A stretch of 64,000 nucleotides of DNA from a virus (Duplodnaviria; Caudoviricetes). The notes under the pieces are model-generated. The model made no database searches. It worked only from the letters and a program-made list of their open reading frames with translations, and was not told the DNA's origin. The translations under genes were made by a program, and so were the position numbers. Shown here one piece after another: positions 56,493 to 64,000 of this stretch. Within the stretch, counting starts at the first letter, position 1; each line of letters starts with the position of its first letter. The stretch lies in IMG/VR virus record IMGVR_UViG_2896054739_000007, positions 32,001-96,000 of that record. One strand, written 5' to 3'.

Positions 56493-56888
56493 TTAAAAGA
56501 ATTTACAACCGCTTTTTAACTCACGATACAACAAATATGTTATCTTTTCTTCTGCCTGTTCTTCTGTGAAACGCTTCTTCTCTTCCTCTGTTTCCTCTAA
56601 CCAGTCTGCAAGTAAATCGATAGCCGACACATTGTAATAGTAAGAAGAATTTACCATACTACAAAGCCCCTGCATCCAGTCTTTGAAATACTCATATTTA
56701 GAAAGTTTCTGGTTATTGTATTTAATTTTTTCTGTATATAAGCATTCATAAATTGCATGAGCCACACAAGAAAAGTTTTCCTTGTCTACGTTGTAATACT
56801 GCTCATAGCCGTATGCTTCCGGCTGGAATCCATCCATAATATACTGCCTTACTTTTGCCTTTACTTCTTTACTATTTGTTCTTAACAT
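56493..56888 (-). CDS. Hypothetical phage early protein
   Basis: ORF track. Confidence 0.6.
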   Translation of the reverse strand: MLRTNSKEVKAKVRQYIMDGFQPEAYGYEQYYNVDKENFSCVAHAIYECLYTEKIKYNNQKLSKYEYFKDWMQGLCSMVNSSYYYNVSAIDLLADWLEETEEEKKRFTEEQAEEKITYLLYRELKSGCKFF

Positions 56889-56951
56889 AATTTTCACCAT
56901 TTAACCTTTCTTTGATTGTCTATGTATAACAACTATTTCTCTATTGATTTC

Positions 56952-57024
56952 TTGTTACCCTCTGCATTTTCCAGGCTTGGGACTGTCTGAAAGTTGATCA
57001 GACTTTCAGGCTGCATTATAACAA
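56952..57024 (-). ncRNA. Twister ribozyme (type P1)
   Basis: UUGUUA-UAA-UGCA-GC-[CUGAAAG/CUUUCAG]-A-CAG-UCCCAAGC-CUG-GAAAA-UGCA-GAGGG-UAACAA matches the twister consensus. Confidence 0.88.
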
Positions 57025-57571
57025 TTCTGCATCTAGTGAATTTTTTCTATCAACTGAGGAGTTCACCATCTCCCGGCTGTTTTATACTTGCTATGCCGTG
57101 TTAGCGCAAGTTCAATGTACTGCAACAATTAGTTGTTTTCTTTGTAAATGCCCAAACGGGAAATCGAATCCCGTGTATGTTGCTTGCTCCTGCTGGGTGG
57201 TTAGATTAATCACGGTAACATTTTAAGCCGTCTATTTCTTCACAACATAAATCAAAGAAATATTCACCGTTTGTGTCAATGTCTTCTATGTCTTCACTTG
57301 CAATCTCTACGGCTTTATCAAATGTATAACCTTCTTCAATTGCATCTTTCGCTATCTGTAATTCATTTTCAAATTTCTTTAATGCTTGTGATTTCGTCAT
57401 TGTCCTTACCTCCGTTTGTTTGATTTCTTTAACTGTCTTTATTGTACACTAGTACCAGTATCTTTTCAATATGCAATAGTACCAATGTTTCTATTAAATA
57501 TTTGTGAATTATGTACAATAGTACTATTGTATTTTAAGATAAAAAAATAGAACATATTAAAAATATATGTC

Positions 57572-57760
57572 CTATTCATTCCTTGCCATCTTATCTTTTA
57601 TTGCTTGCCGTATGAATCCAGCTTTTGTATGACCTTTTTCTTTACAATAATTATCAAGTGTTTCCGCTTCTTCGTTTGGCATTGATAATTTTACTTGTGT
57701 ATAATTTTTTTCTGTCCACTTCTTATTAGCTCTTTTCTTTGCGTCTGATACTGGTGAAAT
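57572..57760 (-). CDS. Arc/RHH-like DNA-binding protein
   Basis: SDAKKRANKKW..KNY...GFIRQAI. Confidence 0.7.
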   Translation of the reverse strand: MSPVSDAKKRANKKWTEKNYTQVKLSMPNEEAETLDNYCKEKGHTKAGFIRQAIKDKMARNE

Positions 57761-57788
57761 TATTATCACTTCCTTTTCTATATAATAA

Positions 57789-57885
57789 AAGCACAATTAT
57801 TTTTGGCTGGGCGGTGTATCCAGCATCTCAGGTACTCTTGCGAGTGTGTCGGGAACCATTTCCGACCTCAAAAATAATCATGCTT
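57789..57885 (-). ncRNA. Structured small RNA downstream of PBECR-like nuclease
   Basis: 16-bp closing stem around three hairpins; TTGACA-17-TATATT promoter at 57942-57914. Confidence 0.65.
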
Positions 57886-57919
57886 ATTACTATCATATTC
57901 TCTTTGTACCTATAATATA

Positions 57920-58315
57920 CTATGTATTTTCGGCATTGTCAATCTTAAATTCCTTTATTCTGCCACTATATAAACGCCTTTGAATCTTTGATTCCTGTAT
58001 ATCGTGCATAGTAGACACATACAAATAATCATTATCTTTATCTAATTTAATTCCTATCATCACATTATCACGGTATCTTTTTATTAGTTCTATGGATTGT
58101 GTGCCGTTTTCATTTGGATTTATGCCGATATAATCAGGATTATCAATAATATCTGGTATATAGTCGATATATTTCAAACATTTTGCATGTTTACTTTTCA
58201 GCATATGAGCAGGTAAACCTTTTGATCTGTATATATCTTTAGGTTCTATATTTATTCCTAAGATGGAATTAAATTTACTTTTGTATTTCCCTACTATAAT
58301 TAATTTGTCCGACAT
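57920..58315 (-). CDS. PBECR-like (barnase/RelE-fold) nuclease
   Basis: H..K.H...IPDIIDNPDYIG.NP...IELIK...YVST. Confidence 0.7.
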   Translation of the reverse strand: MSDKLIIVGKYKSKFNSILGINIEPKDIYRSKGLPAHMLKSKHAKCLKYIDYIPDIIDNPDYIGINPNENGTQSIELIKRYRDNVMIGIKLDKDNDYLYVSTMHDIQESKIQRRLYSGRIKEFKIDNAENT

Positions 58316-58467
58316 TTTGTTATATTCCTTTTGTTTAATAGGAAAATTATAACATATATTTTATAGATTATCTACACAAAATTGACAATTGGGGAGGGTA
58401 CTAATTCCAGAATATTCCAACGCCATATCAATTTTCTGTTGTATAGTAATCTTTATCGGCCCCCTAT

Positions 58468-58677
58468 CTAAACTGGCATAGAAAACAAATGTGGCTCTGG
58501 TATTTCTTCCCCGTCTTCTAGTGCCGTTTCAATCCATTCTTGAATAATAATTTCTGCATTTTCTACTGTCTCAGTTGGTGTTTCTCCGTCTGCCATACAT
58601 CCAGGAAGATCGGGAACTGACACAATATAGGCTTGATCTTCCTCAGACCATGACATAACCATAGAATATTTGTACAT
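58468..58677 (-). CDS. hicB: Short HicB-like antitoxin
   Basis: WSEED..VPDLPGCMADGET. Confidence 0.85.
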   Translation of the reverse strand: MYKYSMVMSWSEEDQAYIVSVPDLPGCMADGETPTETVENAEIIIQEWIETALEDGEEIPEPHLFSMPV

Positions 58678-58679
58678 AT

Positions 58680-58883
58680 TTACACCACCATAATATCAGG
58701 ATCTGGAATTGTTTGCCCATCTTCTAAAGCCGTTTCAATCCATAATTCCTTTGCTATTTCAATTTCTTTCAACGCTTCTTCTTTTGTTTCCCCGTGTGCC
58801 ATACATCCTTGTAACTCAGGAACGCTTGCAACATATATTTTATCTTGTGGATCATATTGCATAAAAATAGAATACTCTGCCAT
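58680..58883 (-). CDS. hicB: Short HicB-like antitoxin (second copy)
   Basis: VPELQGCMAHGET. Confidence 0.85.
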   Translation of the reverse strand: MAEYSIFMQYDPQDKIYVASVPELQGCMAHGETKEEALKEIEIAKELWIETALEDGQTIPDPDIMVV

Positions 58884-58895
58884 CTTAAAACCTCC

Positions 58896-59135
58896 TTATA
58901 AGCCGTGTTTATTAATAATATTCCTTAATTGTCTAACCTGATACCCTTTAGCCTTTGAATTGGCATTCTGTATTGTCATACGTTCATTTATTCCATTATG
59001 ATAATATGACTTGTGGGAGCCTTTCTGTCCTTTAAAAGAAAAACCTAAATCAACAATAAGATTGCAGAAATCACTAAAATTTATATTGTTGTCGGATTTT
59101 CCGCTTATTACATCATTATATGTCTTTTGGTTCAT
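58896..59135 (-). CDS. hicA: HicA toxin
   Basis: LGF...KGSH...AKGYQVRQ. Confidence 0.85.
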   Translation of the reverse strand: MNQKTYNDVISGKSDNNINFSDFCNLIVDLGFSFKGQKGSHKSYYHNGINERMTIQNANSKAKGYQVRQLRNIINKHGL

Positions 59136-59544
59136 TCTGATTCACTTCCTTTGTGTATATTAATTATATCAGATTTCCCGATTTTTTCAAGCATTATCAA
59201 AAACCGTTCATATCTAATTGAAATAATTGTTTCATTGGCACACGAAAATAAATTCATTGCCAAACATATCCCATTTTGAAAACCTTCTTTGCAATAAATC
59301 AACGGGAATATTATTTGACATTCCCTGAAATAATGTACCTTTCTTTTCGTCAAATTCGCATCCTGAAGGCAATTCATAATTTTCAGAATCAACTATCGCA
59401 CAATATATTCCACTTTCTTCATTTTCAACAAACATTGATAAAAAGTCTTTAATTAACATGATAAATTCCTCCTGATCTTATTTTCTACATTTTTATGAAA
59501 TGAGCTTGCAACTTTTGACGGATGCAAGCCCTTGTATTGCTTTT

Positions 59545-60159
59545 CTACATATTTACTACAATAACTCTATTCAATACCAGAATGTCACAAAATATAGACA
59601 TAAACAACTTACTGAACTGTCTATCTCTCATTGTAGAAGAAAATACGCCCTCTTCTAACAACTGTTTAGAATTGCTAACACTCACACCCAGCCGATCTGC
59701 AATCTGTTCTGATAACTTACAGAGTGCCGATTGACCCACTTCTTCTATACCGATATTCTCAAGAAATCCCCTGATACATTCGATAAAATCCCCACGTTTA
59801 CCAAGTTCAATCTTGCGCACATAAGAATCATACATACCATCAGGCATAAAAGCATATGTGCTTTTCAAGTCTTCATTTAAAGGTTTTAAAGTTTCCTTAT
59901 GTAAATTGTTTTCTGCTCTGATAGCCTTATCTACTTCAACGCTGGAATGTTTGCGGATGACATCATCTAAATTCATGCCATTTTTTAAATCAATTTCCCT
60001 GTTTTCGTGAATTGCTTCAAGTTTTGCTTTTAACGGCTTCATTTCTGCCATGTGTCGCATATCCTCTTTTGCAATGGCGATTCTTGCATCTACAAAAGCA
60101 TTCAGATAAGCAAGTGATTTACTGTCGATTAATTCAAAATTAATAGGTGCTTTACTCAT
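59545..60159 (-). CDS. Hypothetical protein
   Basis: SD AAGGAGG, 204 aa. Confidence 0.7.
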   Translation of the reverse strand: MSKAPINFELIDSKSLAYLNAFVDARIAIAKEDMRHMAEMKPLKAKLEAIHENREIDLKNGMNLDDVIRKHSSVEVDKAIRAENNLHKETLKPLNEDLKSTYAFMPDGMYDSYVRKIELGKRGDFIECIRGFLENIGIEEVGQSALCKLSEQIADRLGVSVSNSKQLLEEGVFSSTMRDRQFSKLFMSIFCDILVLNRVIVVNM

Positions 60160-60720
60160 AATATGGTTACCTCCTTCAAATTATTTAACCTGTTTTTGCG
60201 TTACCCGTCACATACTACGAGGAAGTACAGGTTATAATGTGACATAGTGTCTGCTTCTAATCTTGTATCATTCCTGCAATACATCGCTACTCTAGCGTGT
60301 TTTATGTGCGTTTCCTTGCTCCCTATTTTGCGGTATATCTCTAACTGCTGATATATCGGTTACTTATCCGCTTGAGCGATGCAGATAAGAGGGTAAACAA
60401 TATACTACAAGTACAGACATATGAAACTTTCAAAGTGCAACCCTCACACAAACACACCTGTAAAAGCACTATTCGGATTTAATAACCCTAGTTTGCGGAT
60501 TGATAAAGCTTTAAGTTTGGGATTTTCACGACTTGACATAGCCTGAATAGATAAGTATAATAAAGATGCAATGGCTATATGCTGTTGTGAAGGTTAGGAA
60601 AGCGGTGATTACTTTGGTCGGTGTCAACCGCTTTTCTTTATTCCCTTAACTTGATTATATCTTACCATAAATAAAAGTACTTGTCAACACTTTTTCAAGA
60701 TTTTCTTGAATTTTTCAAGA

Positions 60721-60921
60721 TTATTGTTCAATCCATTCTATCAGATCACCCGGTTGACACTTTAAGACATTACAGATTTTGTCTATTACTTTAAGTGAGA
60801 CAGGCTCATTATTGTTAATTGCTTTAATTGCATTAGTTGTAATGCCTGCTTGAATTCTTAATTCTTCCCTTGTCATTCCCTTACGATTTAACAGGTCTAA
60901 TAATTTATAATAAGTAATCAT
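60721..60921 (-). CDS. Cro/CI-type HTH regulator
   Basis: VSLKVIDKICNVLKCQPGDLIE. Confidence 0.88.
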   Translation of the reverse strand: MITYYKLLDLLNRKGMTREELRIQAGITTNAIKAINNNEPVSLKVIDKICNVLKCQPGDLIEWIEQ

Positions 60922-61048
60922 ACAATCACCTTCCTATATTTGATGTATCCATTATACCAAATATTTCTCTTTTTGTAAAAGAACATATTTTCTGATTTAC
61001 CCATCTTCTTTCCTGCTATATAATGGAAATATCATATTACGAAAGAAG

Positions 61049-61522
61049 GTGAAACCAATGCAGAATATACCGTATGACGATCTGGAAATGTTTATGGAAT
61101 GGACTAAAACGAAATCAGAACTAAAATTCAATCCACAAACAAAAACTTTTCCAATTATTCCTAATTGCATTTATTGGGCTTTTATGGGCTGTAATATCGG
61201 CTCAGAGGAAGGGAAACATCGTCCGGTCTTAGTTACAAGGACTTACCCAAATTCGCCGACTATAACAGTATTACCACTTACAACGCAACGTTTGAATGAT
61301 GGGAAACAATATCATGTTGACTTGGAAAAGCAAAATTCTACTGTTTTAGTTGAGCAAATGCGTGTGATTGATATTTCCCGAATTGACAAACCAATGAGAA
61401 AAAGCGGTTCAATTATTTCAATTACTGAAAAAGATTGGAAAGCTATTGACTATCAAATCAAACGTGAATATTTACTTACACCATTACCAAAAGTTCAAAA
61501 AAATAGTATAAAAAGCAAATAA
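61049..61522 (+). CDS. PemK/MazF-like toxin
   Basis: G.NIGSEE.KHRPVLV, VLPLTT, EQMRVIDISRI. Confidence 0.85.
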   Translation: MKPMQNIPYDDLEMFMEWTKTKSELKFNPQTKTFPIIPNCIYWAFMGCNIGSEEGKHRPVLVTRTYPNSPTITVLPLTTQRLNDGKQYHVDLEKQNSTVLVEQMRVIDISRIDKPMRKSGSIISITEKDWKAIDYQIKREYLLTPLPKVQKNSIKSK

Positions 61523-61639
61523 ATTGTATCTTTTCTTCTTGACATACATATAATAAATGTGTATACTAAAGATACAAAAGATGTGTAAACATCAATTTTC
61601 CACTACTTTTAGTAGTGAGTAGTATCATCAATTATCCGA

Positions 61640-61672
61640 AAGCACTTAGTTTATACTAGGTGCTTTTGTTTT
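61640..61672 (+). terminator. Intrinsic terminator
   Basis: aaagcacttagt-ttat-actaggtgcttt plus T run. Confidence 0.75.
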
Positions 61673-61756
61673 TTCAACTTATCTTTCCCCAAAACAAAAA
61701 AGGACTGGAAAAACCAATCCTTTTATACTGTCCATACTTATTTCCTTACAATTCCA

Positions 61757-61984
61757 TCATGCAGCACTACTATAATTTACAATAGAAATTTCCTGTGTAA
61801 ATTGTTTCGCCTGTTCTGTGATCTGCTCCAATCTTTTAATAACATCCCCTGTATAGATAACCTCATTACATTCTGTACACTTATAGCAAGGAACATTGCG
61901 CACGATTAAAAGGCAATTACCTAAGTCTGTTACGCTTGTTGTATATCCCTTTTCGGCTTTTGCTCCGCATTCCATACATACCAT
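61757..61984 (-). CDS. YgiT-type zinc finger (MqsA-like)
   Basis: CMECG...VRNVPCYKCTECNE. Confidence 0.85.
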   Translation of the reverse strand: MVCMECGAKAEKGYTTSVTDLGNCLLIVRNVPCYKCTECNEVIYTGDVIKRLEQITEQAKQFTQEISIVNYSSAA

Positions 61985-61986
61985 AA

Positions 61987-62301
61987 TTAACGCCCCTTTC
62001 TTGTCTTAAAATCACTTTCCCACATATCAGGATCGGGAAAATATGCAGTTATAAGATATATAAAATCTGTATCACAACTTACTACTATATGAATATACTG
62101 TGATTTAACAGAAAATCCCAATATCAAACAACTTGCTAGTGGTTTATCGTCTGGATATTGTTTAATAATTTCACCAGTGTTTATACCATTCACAATATCA
62201 TCAATGCTAATATTCCGTTCATACAAGCGAATTCTAGCATGTTCTGTTACTGCTATGTTTTCAGGTTTATTTATTGCCCTTAACTGTTCTATCGTTATCA
62301 T
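61987..62301 (-). CDS. DUF4258 protein (putative toxin)
   Basis: TEHARIRLYER, EIIKQYPDD, ITAYFPD. Confidence 0.85.
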   Translation of the reverse strand: MITIEQLRAINKPENIAVTEHARIRLYERNISIDDIVNGINTGEIIKQYPDDKPLASCLILGFSVKSQYIHIVVSCDTDFIYLITAYFPDPDMWESDFKTRKGR

Positions 62302-63315
62302 TTTACACCAACTTTTCTATTGATATTCTAATTATAACAGATTATTGAATCATTTAAAACCTTTTTATTACTTATCCATACCCACAAAAGAGACTTTTCA
62401 AAAGATACGGCTAAATGCATCCAGCTTTAATGGCTATGTCCTCATTGTATTGAGTGGTTAATAAAACTATGTATTGCTTTTGTTGCTTCTTATTTCTCGT
62501 TTGAACATCACATTCCTTTTTGAAAAGCAGTTGACCGCTTTTAATATAGAAGAGAGTGCCAAAGGTTCTTGACACTCTCTAAAAGTTCTTGTGTATTTAT
62601 TAATCGCTTTTATTTTGTAGCGATAGAATTTTTATGTTTGATTTACGATTTCAAACTAGCGGTTATTTCAGCTACTTGTTATATTGCATAGTCAATTTTT
62701 CACTTTCTTTCCTTTGCTATACTAGGCTTATTCCGTACCCCTAAGACAATTCCTTGCCCGCTTCCATCAATAGCAATTCAACTTTTCGTGGAATAGGTTT
62801 TTTCTGATAAAACCGTATAAATCAGACTTATAAGCCTATGTAAAGGAATTTGTAACGTGTCCTAATTCACGATAGATTTCATCAAATCTATAAGGAAATA
62901 TGATACCCAGAGATATAAGCCGTTTGTGTCCACCTTATACCATTCCACCGGAATATATACTATGCTATATCTGGATTCGGTCTTCTTTCAATCATACCGC
63001 CGTTTTGTTGTCGTTCTATGTCGGTCATTTGCTTATGCCAAGCAGCCTTGTTTGCTATCGTTTGATTTCCTCTTTTCTGGTCATTACCCAGTTTAATCCT
63101 CCTGATATTGTTTTCTATTTTCGTTTTGGGATTTTTCATTGACTTTTCCAAAGAAATGAATATAATAGAATGTATCAATGGTAAGTGAAAACTTATCTTG
63201 TAGATTAGCAAGTTGTTACTTTGGTAGAGTGGGCAACTTGCTTTTGTTTTCTCCTACTTATCCCAAATGGCAAGTTAGAATTGAATCCCACGGCTTGACC
63301 GCTTGCCTGAATGTG

Positions 63316-63576
63316 TTAATCTCCTATTATTGCACGAATTTTTCTTTCTTCTACTGTCAAGTAATTATGTATTACTATCTCTCTTGCATCTATGATCTTG
63401 TCTAGCATCTTTTGGGCTTTATTGGATTCCCAATTTTTATAGCCTTCCCAGATCGAATATGCAATTTTAATTTTTTCAACAGCTTTATCATATTTACCAG
63501 CGTTATTATAATATTTTGCCCTGTCCAGAAAATAAATGATTGTTTTCTTGCGTGACTGCTTTTTTAATTTTTTCAC
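63316..63576 (-). CDS. Hypothetical protein
   Basis: SD AAGGAG, GTG start. Confidence 0.55.
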   Translation of the reverse strand: MKKLKKQSRKKTIIYFLDRAKYYNNAGKYDKAVEKIKIAYSIWEGYKNWESNKAQKMLDKIIDAREIVIHNYLTVEERKIRAIIGD

Positions 63577-63880
63577 TTTTTGACTTGCTCCTTTCTTTAT
63601 CTTATGTACTAAGTATAAACGATTTTCATTTAAAAGTCAAGTACTTTTTAAATATTTTTCATTTATTTTTTATTATATAACATTTTCATTTCAACGTTTT
63701 TCGTTTATCTTTAATGGGATTATAAATGATATTCATTTGTATGTCAATAATTTTTTAAATATTTTTCATTTATTTTTATCGTTTGACAATTAAAAGAAAA
63801 TACTTTATATTTAAGTATAAATAAAAATCAAAAATAGAATATTAAAATAGATATTAAAAATGTGGAGGATATAGAAAAGA

Positions 63881-64000
63881 ATGGCTTTTATTTTTCAAGA
63901 TAATAAACAGGTTAAAAATGAATTTAAGAAATTGACTATTGATAATAATGTAACCATGTCGGAAGTAGCTGGAAAGTGTGGGCTCATACCACAACAATTA
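63881..64000 (+). CDS. HTH regulator, partial (runs off window)
   Basis: SD GGAGG; MAFIFQDN...TMSEVAGKCGLIPQQL. Confidence 0.65.
   Translation, partial: MAFIFQDNKQVKNEFKKLTIDNNVTMSEVAGKCGLIPQQL

Larger units (their letters stand above)
1..64000 (-). mobile_element. Large phage/prophage early-accessory region (Firmicutes host)
   Basis: Dense co-oriented short ORFs with GGAGG/AAGGA SD sites, phage-type MTases, RNA ligase, antirepressor-like gene, Lar, sigma factor, tRNAs; no housekeeping or structural genes. Confidence 0.9.

Noticed and set aside
60980-60992. LexA box before the PemK-like gene
   Set aside because: GAAC-atat-TTTC is a single imperfect match in AT-rich DNA
1168-63405. Most plus-strand ORFs in the track
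   Set aside because: Shadow frames of minus-strand genes, lacking SD sites and recognisable motifs

Overview
AT-rich segment of a large, probably temperate, Firmicutes (Lachnospiraceae/Clostridia-like) phage or prophage. It covers the early/accessory arm, with no structural genes and nearly all real genes on the minus strand. Recognisable content: a complete diversity-generating retroelement (target, Avd, TR, RT); a Cas12f1/TnpB-family nuclease with intact RuvC residues but no CRISPR array or transposase, flanked on both sides by related structured RNA scaffolds; an RNA/tRNA repair set (RNA ligase, PNK-HD, Thg1, HAD) with tRNA-Gln and an aberrant tRNA; three DNA methyltransferases (one disrupted by a 22-bp duplication); three paralogous HNH-type endonucleases; a tyrosine recombinase; a LexA-boxed promoter ahead of a sigma factor; many toxin-antitoxin modules; and a twister ribozyme. 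The strongest unexplained pattern is a 16-bp palindrome, TGAAA-N6-TTTCA, at about 40 gene boundaries, which suggests an integron-like cassette array. All protein family calls are from motif recognition by eye; no database searches were run.
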